The position numbers and the translations under genes were made by a program. The notes beneath the pieces are model-generated. The model did not search any database. It saw only the letters and a program-made list of their open reading frames with translations, and had not been told where the DNA came from. Shown piece by piece: positions 8,398-16,034 of a stretch of DNA of 39,646 bases. Each line of letters begins with the position of its first letter. Positions within the stretch are counted from its first letter, which is position 1. The DNA is from a virus. Location of the stretch: IMG/VR virus record IMGVR_UViG_3300037461_000591. One strand, 5' to 3'.

Positions 8398-9044
8398 ATT
8401 TTGTCTGCGGTTATGGGTTCGTCTTGTGGTAATACAACCTGGTATTTCCCCTCTTTCTTGGTCTTATCAATTACCCAATTTAGAATAGTGAGGTAATCGC
8501 TTTTATATGTTTTCCCCGTGGACCCCTTGTAGTTGTTTAAAACATCAATAAAGATTTTAGTGTTTCTCGCCCCATGAAAAGAAACAAGTTTTTTATATTC
8601 ATCTTCAAGCATTGAAACAAACTCGGCGTAAACCTTCTTTTCCTTCTTAATTTCTTCTTCTTCTTCTTGTTTGTTGTTAGTCGCTTGTTGGTCGTTTGTT
8701 AGTCGTTTGTTAGGTTGCTTGTTAGTTGCTTGTTGCTTCTGTTGGTACTCCTCATAATTACAGATAGTTATTATACTATATTGGTTTGTTGCTTGTATGT
8801 TGATTTCTTTCGTTTTTTCCAAACGCTTTAAACAGGTCCTTAAAGTTTGATAACTAATGCCGGTATGCTTATTCAAGGAACTTAACCCGGTTAATAGTTG
8901 ACCTCTCATAATCTTAACCCCCCTCCATTCTCCCGGTTCTTTATTGGCACTTATTAATAAGTAGATAAAAAGATGTACCATTTCTGAAATATTAAACCAT
9001 TCCCATTTTTCAAATTTCCTATAAAGTTTTATCCAGCCCTCCAT
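8394..9044 (-). CDS. Replication initiator / replisome organiser-like protein (N-terminal wHTH, Q/N/T/E-rich linker)
   Basis: 216 aa, lying immediately upstream of dnaB with a 4-nt overlap. The N-terminus is WIKLYRKFEKWEWF...GQLLTGLSSLNKHTGISYQTLRTCLKRLE, which is HTH-like. The linker is encoded by phased DNA repeats. Confidence 0.6.
   Translation of the reverse strand: MEGWIKLYRKFEKWEWFNISEMVHLFIYLLISANKEPGEWRGVKIMRGQLLTGLSSLNKHTGISYQTLRTCLKRLEKTKEINIQATNQYSIITICNYEEYQQKQQATNKQPNKRLTNDQQATNNKQEEEEEIKKEKKVYAEFVSMLEDEYKKLVSFHGARNTKIFIDVLNNYKGSTGKTYKSDYLTILNWVIDKTKKEGKYQVVLPQDEPITADKI
8674..8745. repeat. Phased TTGTTRG repeats (iteron-like) inside the initiator gene
   Basis: TTGTTAG/TTGTTGG/TTGTTGC copies start at 8674, 8685, 8696, 8707, 8719 and 8730, giving spacings of 11, 11, 11, 12 and 11 nt. 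This includes a perfect tandem TCGTTTGTTAG x2 at 8692..8713. A (TTC)n tract lies at 8651..8668. Confidence 0.6.
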
Positions 9045-9046
9045 GA

Positions 9047-9163
9047 TTAAAAAGTAAAGCCGGTCACAAACAACAAATCCACAAGGCAGATGCTACTCTG
9101 TAACCCGATGGATGTTGAAGCCGTGACCGGCCGTATTATTAAATAAATATTTACTTTTTTCAT
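9047..9163 (-). CDS. Possible 38-aa hydrophobic leader peptide or micro-protein upstream of the initiator gene
   Basis: My translation is MKKVNIYLIIRPVTASTSIGLQSSICLVDLLFVTGFTF. The stop is 2 nt before the ATG at 9044. The ORF contains the 9-bp inverted repeat, so it may be non-coding. Confidence 0.3.
   Translation of the reverse strand: MKKVNIYLIIRPVTASTSIGLQSSICLVDLLFVTGFTF
9059..9131 (-). other. Long stem-loop with a perfect 9-bp inverted repeat (GCCGGTCAC ... GTGACCGGC)
   Basis: The arms lie at 9059..9067 and 9123..9131. Inner pairing CAACA/TGTTG and CCA/TGG extends the helix. On the minus strand it is followed by TTTACTTTTT. Confidence 0.6.
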
Positions 9164-9185
9164 GTAGCACCTTTTAATACAGGAG

Positions 9186-9217
9186 CAAATATAAAACTTA
9201 TTTCAATACCATGCAAG
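9186..9217 (-). promoter_or_regulatory. Bacteroidota-type promoter (CTTG-N20-TATATTTG)
   Basis: On the minus strand, TATATTTG is at 9193..9186 and CTTG at 9217..9214, with a 20-nt spacer. The -33 element is embedded in TCTTGCAT, as in the two other promoters. Confidence 0.5.
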
Positions 9218-9259
9218 AAAGCGAAGAAAGTTATTAACATTTTTTTCTTTAATGTAAAT

Positions 9260-9637
9260 TCACGACTGAAATCTCATTTGCTCTTTCTCATAACTAAGCA
9301 GTGATCTCAGGGCATCAAGCTGATGGGTACAAGACTTGTTAATTCTCTCAAGCCAGTCAACCATAAAAGCTTCTTCTTCACATATAGAATCCAGGAGGGC
9401 ATTCTGAACAGTTGCAGAGAGGCATTGTTCTTTAGCAATGGCAATGATAGTCTTGCTTATCTCGGTCGTTTTCTTGGCCCTTAAAAGCCTCTTGGCCTGA
9501 GCCAGCATCTCGCCAGAACGGGACATATAACCCATAAGAGTAGATATTCTATCAATGATCTCGGCAGGATCATTTGAGACGGTAATATCAAGGTAGTTCT
9601 GAATTGCCCTTGCTTCCTCTTTAAACTTTTCCATCAC
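9260..9637 (-). CDS. Hypothetical helical protein, 125 aa
   Basis: ORF track; no family recognised. Confidence 0.7.
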   Translation of the reverse strand: MMEKFKEEARAIQNYLDITVSNDPAEIIDRISTLMGYMSRSGEMLAQAKRLLRAKKTTEISKTIIAIAKEQCLSATVQNALLDSICEEEAFMVDWLERINKSCTHQLDALRSLLSYEKEQMRFQS

Positions 9638-9688
9638 GAAAATTTAAAAGCCCCGGCTACCAATATTGATAACCGGAGCTGTGATAAC

Positions 9689-9883
9689 TTATTTAGTTTG
9701 ATTGTCAAGGGGCCCCTGTTGTGGGTTTTCTCTTTCCTTCTTTGGCTGTTTTGCCAGTTGATCAGGAACGACAGTCGCTTCCGGGATATCTTCAAAGATG
9801 GATGAATATTTATCGCTCTGGGGAGAAAGTTCAAGATACCACTTATCGGTCCATTTATCTGTATTTGTGAATCGGTAGGACAT
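9689..9883 (-). CDS. Hypothetical protein, 64 aa
   Basis: ORF track. It has a 1-nt overlap with the MBL gene and is preferred over the out-of-frame ORF at 9634..9834. Confidence 0.5.
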   Translation of the reverse strand: MSYRFTNTDKWTDKWYLELSPQSDKYSSIFEDIPEATVVPDQLAKQPKKERENPQQGPLDNQTK

Positions 9884-10620
9884 CAGAAGGGAGTGAGATC
9901 AAGATTAATATTAAGGCCGGGACTGGCCACATATACCTTCTTCCCTGTCAGCTGCTCAATGTCTTGGGTAAACTCTGGGGCATTTGAATTACTTGAAGAG
10001 AGATGGATGAGGATGATATTTCTTACTTGATGCAGATCGTTCATTGCAAGAAATTTTTTGCATGAGGAGAAGCTCATATGAGAGGATATGACCCTGTTTC
10101 TTACAAGAGGGATGAGCCGGGGTCTTTCAGGGTTTGTATCAAGAATCTCTTCAGAATAGTTTGCCTCTACTATGATGTGATTGATTCCTTTGAATTTATA
10201 ATTTGCATACAGTGTATCAGTTATAAATACAAGCTGGCCACATTCAGCATGCCTTACCAAATAGCCATAACATTTAACATCATGTATGAGGTTAAATGGC
10301 ATGAAGGAATAGGGCCCAGAATAGTGTGTGATTCTATCAGCCACAGGAATGAGATTGTGACTTGTGACAGCAAGCTCAGAGATGGTCTCTTTTGATGAAT
10401 AGCATTTAATCCCTGCCATGAGATATTCCACGGCCCTCCCAGAGTGATCCTTGTGGGAATGGCTGATGAGAGCCCCTGTGATCCTTTCAATATTAAAATT
10501 AAGTGACTCCTTAACTTTCATCAGCCTGATGCCCGTCTCGATAATAAGGGTATCTCCTGTCTTGGAGATCAGGAGATAACCATTGCCTGAGCTTGATGAG
10601 CCCAAAACTACCAGCCTCAT
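9883..10620 (-). CDS. MBL-fold metallo-hydrolase (probable recombination nuclease partner of RecT)
   Basis: 245 aa. It has the HSHKDHSG (HxHxDH) motif and a 4-nt overlap with recT. Confidence 0.8.
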   Translation of the reverse strand: MRLVVLGSSSSGNGYLLISKTGDTLIIETGIRLMKVKESLNFNIERITGALISHSHKDHSGRAVEYLMAGIKCYSSKETISELAVTSHNLIPVADRITHYSGPYSFMPFNLIHDVKCYGYLVRHAECGQLVFITDTLYANYKFKGINHIIVEANYSEEILDTNPERPRLIPLVRNRVISSHMSFSSCKKFLAMNDLHQVRNIILIHLSSSNSNAPEFTQDIEQLTGKKVYVASPGLNINLDLTPF

Positions 10621-11537
10621 TTGAATAACTCTGTGTGAGGACTCCCTGCTTGATCCTGATTCTTATGCTGTTCCTTGGTAGATGTGTCCAGCACTTCTGC
10701 AGCAGGGGCATCATCTTTTATCTCCAGCTCCTCTGGATGCTCCCCCAGCTCCCTGATCTTCATGTCTGCTGCTATAAGGGCAGGATCCTTTGCCTCTGGA
10801 ACAAGATCATCAAATAAAGCCTCATCATCAGAAGTACTGATGAATAACTTGCAGGCCCGGCCTATGACTGTCTTGATGGCCATCTGGTCGGGGAAGTTCA
10901 TATGTGCCGGGCTCTGCCCCTTTGTAGCCCCCTGCTTCCATGACTGTCTGATCTGATCTATATTCATGATCTCCACATAGCAATTGCCATCATCCAGTGT
11001 CAGTGTGGCATAGGCTCCCCTGATCTTATTAAGATCAATATTCTCAAATGACTGCTCATGTTTTATGACCTTCTTAAATCCTGATACAGAATCCAGAGTA
11101 TATTCAAATGTGTCATCCTCATAGATGACATTCCCTGCTACCTTCTTGACTCCTCCAAATCTTTTGGCCAGCGCCACCGTCCCGTGGTATTCCCTCTGCA
11201 TAACCAGTCTGTCCCCATAGGCAATAAAATCACATTGCTTCTTGACAGGATTGAGCCCCTGCAGTACCATATTGAGCAAAGAATTTGCAATGCTCTCCTT
11301 GGTGCACTTCTCAAGGACAGGCTCCTTATTTGAGTTCTTTGTCTCAAGAAGGATAAGCCATGCCGATTTAAGGGCATTCTCTGGGGAATAGTCTGCAGGC
11401 AGCCTGATATCTTTTGCCTGCTGAAAGTGTGAAATTTTCACAAGCACTGCATCTGCTACATTCTTCTGCAGCACTTCAAGGGGAGAGGTCTCTTGGGGCT
11501 TCTTCCCTGCTTTGGAATTCTCTTTTGTCTGTGTCAT
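10617..11537 (-). CDS. recT: RecT-family single-strand annealing protein
   Basis: 306 aa. The RecT-like core is LQGLNPVKKQCDFIAYGDRLVMQREYHG...YATLTLDDG...MNIDQI, with an acidic C-terminal tail. It sits between the ATPase and the nuclease. Confidence 0.8.
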   Translation of the reverse strand: MTQTKENSKAGKKPQETSPLEVLQKNVADAVLVKISHFQQAKDIRLPADYSPENALKSAWLILLETKNSNKEPVLEKCTKESIANSLLNMVLQGLNPVKKQCDFIAYGDRLVMQREYHGTVALAKRFGGVKKVAGNVIYEDDTFEYTLDSVSGFKKVIKHEQSFENIDLNKIRGAYATLTLDDGNCYVEIMNIDQIRQSWKQGATKGQSPAHMNFPDQMAIKTVIGRACKLFISTSDDEALFDDLVPEAKDPALIAADMKIRELGEHPEELEIKDDAPAAEVLDTSTKEQHKNQDQAGSPHTELFK

Positions 11538-13480
11538 TCTTCTATTATATAAGTTTTAAGATTCTGATCCTCTGTGACTATAAGCCTGATGAGCTGGGAT
11601 CCTGTTCTTATCAGACTATTCACTGCCTCTGCATTATCTACAAAAATAGGAGCATGGCAGTCATTGACCTGGGCCAGAGTGTTAATAATATCAATGCCAG
11701 CATTTATCTTCCCGGAATTATTTGCATCAGCAAATGGCACTCCATTTATGAGAATGTCACAAGCTGGCTCTGTGCCTCCATTGATAAGTCTGTTAAACAT
11801 CTTGAATCTGACATGCTCAAATAAAGAGTTTATATCTTCCTCTACCAAGTTAATGGATATCTTTTCCATCTCCTCCAGCAGGAATTCACTCTTCTCCATA
11901 TCTGCAAGCTGCTGTGCCAGCCCTTTCTCCTGAAACTCCAGCTCTGAGATCCGGGTATTAAGCTTAGCCTCATCATCCTTATGGGACAACAGCACATTAA
12001 GCTTATTGAGATCCACATACGCAGCACTCAGTTTCTCCTTCAGTGGCTTGACATTTGGGATCTCTTCATCACTTCCAGCCGTAGCCTCCATTTCTGAGAT
12101 CTGCCTCCTTACATCTTTCTCCTGCTCTGTCTCCTCTGGAATATTATTTTTTTCTTTCTCAAGCAAGTCTTCCAGCTGGGAGAGAATGGATCTCTGATTG
12201 TTTATAATAAATTTAGAGTCCTCTATGCTCTTCGAGATCTCTTCAGCATCTGTTTTTTTATTGGCTATAATGCCATCCAGCCCCTTGCCATACTCTTCAA
12301 TATTCTTAAGCTGCTGGATCTTATTGTCATTGAATGACCTCTCAAGGGCTTCTTTGGCAGAGACAATATCCTCCTGATCCAGCTGCCTCTTGCATGTGGG
12401 GCATGTGTCATATCCCCTAGGCAGGGATAAAGATGATTCATTGATGATAGCCCAGTGATCCCGGGCCTTCTTCTGCTCCTTCTCATCTGACTCCCAGTCT
12501 ATGGACTTAAGGGCCTGCTCATTTGTTCTTATCAGGCTTTCATGGTTTGATATAGAAAGTTTTGCAGTCTGGATCTTGTTTTGCAGCTCCTGCATTCTTT
12601 TATTCACTCCCAGCTTAGATTCATTCTCTAGCTTAAGCAGAAGATGCCTGAGCTCAGAGAGCTTCCTCTCATTCTCAAGCAGCTCCTTGTGTCTTGCCTC
12701 ATATCTGGAATTCTTGGATCTAATCTGCCTTTCAATATCCTCTATCTCTTTGGATAGCAAACCTATATGATCCTCCGTATTCTTGTAGTCGGCCAGCTCT
12801 GGCATTGATTTTTTAAGCTCATCAATTCTGGGGGGGATTCCTGCAAGACTGTCCTTGAGCTGCTTCTTTTTTGATGAGAGTTCTCTTTTGAAGAGATCTA
12901 TTTTCTTCTCCCCCATCTCATCCAGAAGATCCCTGAATTCTGGCTTGTAAGCAGAGAGTGTCTCATTTGTCACAAGGGGGACCATCCTCAGCAGGATCTC
13001 CCTTCTGAGGTCCCATCTCATAGAGCTGAAATAGAATGGATTTGTAAGCAGCTTAAATGTCTCCTCAGAGATGATGGAGTCCACTGCCTTCTTGTATTCA
13101 TTCTGAAGCATGGGCACTCCATCAATAAAGAATAAAGTCTCATGCCCTGTGAATTCATGATCTTCCTCTCCTCTCTTCTTCTGCCACTTCTCCCTGAATA
13201 CTCTTTTGAAGTTTTTCTTTCTTCCATCCATCTCCATGTCTCCTGAGACAGATGTCTCCTGCCTATGGATGGCCTCCCCTGAGGGCTCAATGCATTTGAT
13301 GCTGAAGTCTTTCTTGTCCTCGCTGTCCTTGCCAAAGAACAGCCATGTGAATGCATCAAAGATTCTGGTCTTCCCTGTGGCATTTGCCCCAAGGATATTA
13401 GTCTCCTGACCAAAGTTAATGGTCAGATCTTTGCAGCCCTTGAAGTTTATAAGCTTAAGGGCATGGATTTTGATTCTCAT
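11534..13480 (-). CDS. Rad50/SbcC-like AAA ATPase with a coiled coil and a CPTC hook-like motif
   Basis: 648 aa. Walker A is GANATGKTRIFDA. A long heptad-rich middle is interrupted by CPTC (12392..12403). The C-terminal Walker B is PIFVDNAE. Confidence 0.8.
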   Translation of the reverse strand: MRIKIHALKLINFKGCKDLTINFGQETNILGANATGKTRIFDAFTWLFFGKDSEDKKDFSIKCIEPSGEAIHRQETSVSGDMEMDGRKKNFKRVFREKWQKKRGEEDHEFTGHETLFFIDGVPMLQNEYKKAVDSIISEETFKLLTNPFYFSSMRWDLRREILLRMVPLVTNETLSAYKPEFRDLLDEMGEKKIDLFKRELSSKKKQLKDSLAGIPPRIDELKKSMPELADYKNTEDHIGLLSKEIEDIERQIRSKNSRYEARHKELLENERKLSELRHLLLKLENESKLGVNKRMQELQNKIQTAKLSISNHESLIRTNEQALKSIDWESDEKEQKKARDHWAIINESSLSLPRGYDTCPTCKRQLDQEDIVSAKEALERSFNDNKIQQLKNIEEYGKGLDGIIANKKTDAEEISKSIEDSKFIINNQRSILSQLEDLLEKEKNNIPEETEQEKDVRRQISEMEATAGSDEEIPNVKPLKEKLSAAYVDLNKLNVLLSHKDDEAKLNTRISELEFQEKGLAQQLADMEKSEFLLEEMEKISINLVEEDINSLFEHVRFKMFNRLINGGTEPACDILINGVPFADANNSGKINAGIDIINTLAQVNDCHAPIFVDNAEAVNSLIRTGSQLIRLIVTEDQNLKTYIIEE

Positions 13481-13516
13481 ATTTTAGAAGGGTTAAATTA
13501 ATAATAAATATATCTA

Positions 13517-13771
13517 TTACGACGTCCAGTCGATCAGGTCGTTTGGTGTGCAGTTAAGGGCATAGCAAATGTCAACAATATCTATCAGTCGCACAAGCTT
13601 TGCCCGGCCTGTATTCATCCTGTAAAGCATCACATACCGGGAGCGAATGTCGCCTTTGTTATTTTTCAGTACCTCGGAAGCCAGCGACTTCATGGTTTTC
13701 TTTGGCAGTTCCTGATCCCTGGCAGTGTTCCATCTCTTGATGTTCTCAGTAATTTTTAGTCTTATTTCCAT
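13517..13771 (-). CDS. XRE/Cro-CI-type helix-turn-helix transcriptional regulator
   Basis: 84 aa, with an HTH-like KTMKSLASEVL...RSRYVMLYRMNTG. It lies directly downstream of a canonical promoter with repeated GTTTGCA elements. Confidence 0.7.
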   Translation of the reverse strand: MEIRLKITENIKRWNTARDQELPKKTMKSLASEVLKNNKGDIRSRYVMLYRMNTGRAKLVRLIDIVDICYALNCTPNDLIDWTS

Positions 13772-13781
13772 CTTTTTATTG

Positions 13782-13813
13782 CAAACATATACTATTATAT
13801 ATAATAATGCAAA
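13782..13813 (-). promoter_or_regulatory. Bacteroidota-type promoter (TTTG-N20-TATGTTTG) with repeated GTTTGCAWT elements
   Basis: On the minus strand, TATGTTTG is at 13789..13782 and TTTG at 13813..13810, with an exact 20-nt spacer. The ATG of the HTH gene lies 10 nt downstream of the -7 element. Confidence 0.65.
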
Positions 13814-13840
13814 CTATTTTATTAACATCAGTTAATAACT

Positions 13841-14137
13841 TTAAAAGAATATACCTCCTCGCTGTACCGGGTTTTCTCCCATAAGTTTAACGATAAGATA
13901 GTTCGTGATCTTTGCATAAAAATCTTCTGCATGGTAAAGATTGAGAAAATTGATAGTTGCCGTAATTTCGTCAAGCTGGAAGAAAGCAACCTCATCAATG
14001 TAATATCTTTCCGGTTTTATAATCTTTGCCTCAACCATTTCTGAAAATAAAGCCATTGGCATTTTCACCCAGTGCTTAAACTTTTTTGGCTTCTTCCGTC
14101 CGCCCTGAATAAAGTTTGCAAAAAAATCATTATTCAT
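13841..14137 (-). CDS. Hypothetical protein, about 98 aa
   Basis: ORF track 13841..14176. The start is moved to the internal Met (MNNDFF...) to limit overlap with 14130..14312. Start uncertain. Confidence 0.6.
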   Translation of the reverse strand: MNNDFFANFIQGGRKKPKKFKHWVKMPMALFSEMVEAKIIKPERYYIDEVAFFQLDEITATINFLNLYHAEDFYAKITNYLIVKLMGENPVQRGGIFF

Positions 14138-14312
14138 AATCTTTCTTTTTTGAATCCTTATAGAAAATCCCTGCAAATATTAAAAGGATACATACCATTG
14201 GCAGATAATCGAACCTGATGTTCGCCATAACAATAGAACGAAGGAATATCACGAGTGCTGTTATCCCAAGCAATAAGAAAATAATGAAAAGAGAAAATGA
14301 TATTTTATTCAT
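14130..14312 (-). CDS. Small membrane protein with two TM helices, 60 aa
   Basis: ORF track; ATGA overlap with the upstream gene; FSLFIIFLLLGITALVIFL and MVCILLIFAGIF. Confidence 0.55.
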   Translation of the reverse strand: MNKISFSLFIIFLLLGITALVIFLRSIVMANIRFDYLPMVCILLIFAGIFYKDSKKKDYE

Positions 14313-14587
14313 CGTAGTTTATTTATTTCTGTTTTAAGTTCTGATTCTGCTCTTTTGATTTTTGCTTTGTAATCCCGGATACAATTATCAAAATAAAGTA
14401 TCTCGCCATGATGCCGGGTCTGACAGTTAAAATTTCCTTTGTCAGGATCAAGCCGGAATGCTTCTTTTGCCTGAGCCGATGCATCCTCGGCGTCAAGGAT
14501 AAGCTTATTGTAAGTATCTTTAATTTTAAGAAAGCTACTGTATAGCTCGCTTATTCTCCGGGCTTTTTCGATGAAGGGTTTTTTCAT
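14309..14587 (-). CDS. Hypothetical coiled-coil protein, 92 aa
   Basis: ORF track. Confidence 0.65.
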   Translation of the reverse strand: MKKPFIEKARRISELYSSFLKIKDTYNKLILDAEDASAQAKEAFRLDPDKGNFNCQTRHHGEILYFDNCIRDYKAKIKRAESELKTEINKLR

Positions 14588-14659
14588 AGTATATAATTTA
14601 GCGGTAACGAGTGCGCCTTTAATCCTGATCTAAGCAGGGACGCACCCGACCGCAAAATA

Positions 14660-14869
14660 TTATTGAATTTCTATTAAAAAGGCTTTAATCATAATGGTTT
14701 TAGTAATTAAATGCCTGTCAAAATTATCAGTAGCCATAATTTCCCATGCTTTTGCAATTGCATCTTCGTTAGATATTTCAGATTTCCCATAATAAGTTGC
14801 TTCCATAGTGGAATCATCATTAAAATAAAATCTGAAACTAATTTTTGCAGTTGTGATTGTTGCTTTCAT
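14660..14869 (-). CDS. Hypothetical protein, 69 aa (first gene of the early unit)
   Basis: ORF track; it lies downstream of the promoter-like element at 14913..14944. Confidence 0.6.
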   Translation of the reverse strand: MKATITTAKISFRFYFNDDSTMEATYYGKSEISNEDAIAKAWEIMATDNFDRHLITKTIMIKAFLIEIQ

Positions 14870-14912
14870 TTCTTTGCGGTTTTTAGTGAATAATCAATTA
14901 ACTATTGTACAG

Positions 14913-14944
14913 CGAATATATAACGGCTTTTTATATAATGCAAA
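14913..14944 (-). promoter_or_regulatory. Bacteroidota-type promoter, near-consensus (TTTG-N20-TATATTCG)
   Basis: On the minus strand, TTTG is at 14944..14941 (within ATTTGCAT) and TATATTCG at 14920..13, with a 20-nt spacer and one mismatch in the -7 element. It lies in the 316-bp non-coding gap. Confidence 0.45.
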
Positions 14945-15120
14945 TATTAGGAGCATTAATATATACATTATGATATAATTTTAACATTATTTAACATTTA
15001 AACCATCAAAACTTGAAATAAAGCGATTTAAGGCATTTTGTCAGAAAGGCAGTACAATACGTCAGTTTATGTCAGATCGTTTAAAATCGCCCCCTTTCTG
15101 CCTTGGTCAGGGGCATTATA

Positions 15121-15152
15121 AGAAAAGGGCCCCAACTAACCAGCGAGGCCCC
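15121..15152 (-). terminator. Candidate intrinsic terminator at the end of the late/lysis operon
   Basis: The GC stem GGGCC/GGCCC (15127..15131 with 15147..15151) is followed on the minus strand by TTTTCT. A second weaker hairpin GCCCC/GGGGC lies at 15089..15114, followed by ATTTTAAA. Confidence 0.45.
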
Positions 15153-15185
15153 TCCATGAAAAAAGACTAACCGACCCTTCAGCAG

Positions 15186-15767
15186 TTAGCTTTTCACCCT
15201 GAATATAGATTTGAGAAATCCACCTGATTTAATTCTTAAATACAACCAAAGCACCCCGAAAGCAGTCAGGAAGATCAAAGACCACAAAGCATACTTATAA
15301 ATCTTTGGAACATATTTAACCGGCTCCGGGACTTCAGTAATCTTCTCATATTCTGACCTCCAGTGATATGCTTCTTTGAGTGCCAGCTGTAGCCGGGTAA
15401 GTATTGTAGTATCTTTTTGAGTAAGGTTAAGCATCAGAAAGCTATTTGCGATCCATGCCTCGGCTGTTGCCAGGGGCGTATCTGACCGGAGCGTATCGGA
15501 ATTAATAGGAACCGGGGTGTTTATAAATATAGAATCATGCTTTCTCTCCCCCGGAAGATAAGTAGTAATCACAGTATCGCGATGATGATATACAATAGAA
15601 TCCCTTGTCTGTACTATTTTAATCGTATCCCTGGCAGGAGGGAATTTCTCGGCACATCGCTTCTGGGTGACACACCCCGCAAGAAATACTGTCAGGATTA
15701 ACAGGCATACGGCTGTTTTAAACGAACTGCCCCTCAAACGAACTGACCCTTTACTTTGTGTTTGCAT
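15186..15767 (-). CDS. Candidate unimolecular spanin (N-terminal lipoprotein signal plus C-terminal TM anchor)
   Basis: 193 aa. It has the signal and lipobox LILTVFLAGC and a C-terminal helix ALWSLIFLTAFGVLWLYL. It is the last gene of the lysis cassette. Confidence 0.55.
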   Translation of the reverse strand: MQTQSKGSVRLRGSSFKTAVCLLILTVFLAGCVTQKRCAEKFPPARDTIKIVQTRDSIVYHHRDTVITTYLPGERKHDSIFINTPVPINSDTLRSDTPLATAEAWIANSFLMLNLTQKDTTILTRLQLALKEAYHWRSEYEKITEVPEPVKYVPKIYKYALWSLIFLTAFGVLWLYLRIKSGGFLKSIFRVKS

Positions 15768-15790
15768 CGCTTAAATCGCTTTAAAATAGA

Positions 15791-16030
15791 TTATTCTTGC
15801 ATAGGAGGAAGCTTGGAGATTATTTCTGTCTTCTCTGCACTGCCCTTAGTGCTATTAAAAAAGTAAGCAATGACATCCCCGAACTTCATCACAAGAGCAC
15901 CTATGACCATCAATGCTATGTCTTTATTCTCTGCTGGCAACGGAGTTTTAAAGACCACATAGATTAGGACTACCACTACAATCACAATCAATGCTGCCAG
16001 AGCATACTGAAAAACATCTTTAATTTTCAT
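15791..16030 (-). CDS. Holin-like membrane protein with two TM helices, 79 aa
   Basis: ALAALIVIVVVVLIYVVF and IALMVIGALVMKFGDVIAYFF, with a charged C-terminus; adjacent to the endolysin. Confidence 0.6.
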   Translation of the reverse strand: MKIKDVFQYALAALIVIVVVVLIYVVFKTPLPAENKDIALMVIGALVMKFGDVIAYFFNSTKGSAEKTEIISKLPPMQE

Positions 16031-16034
16031 ATAA

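Noticed and set aside
8641-8760. The short tandem repeats as a CRISPR array or minisatellite.
   Set aside because: The repeat unit is only ~11 nt with no unique spacers, and it lies inside a coding region. This is not CRISPR architecture.
9059-9131. Possible tRNA or tRNA-like gene, given the ~73-nt hairpin with a strong terminal stem.
   Set aside because: It has no cloverleaf. There is no D-arm GG, no T-arm GTTCRANYC, and a single long imperfect helix instead of four arms. I saw no other tRNA-like T-loop sequences in the window.
13018-13413. Out-of-frame minus-strand ORFs nested in larger genes: 13018..13413, 10254..10490, 10511..10714, 11138..11377, 11842..12027, 12265..12486, 4342..4530, 5050..5355, 7473..7676, 9634..9834, 18043..18315, 23301..23495 and 32570..32800.
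   Set aside because: Each overlaps a longer ORF in another frame that has recognisable motifs. Their translations are Arg/Ser/Leu-rich, as is typical of off-frame reading.
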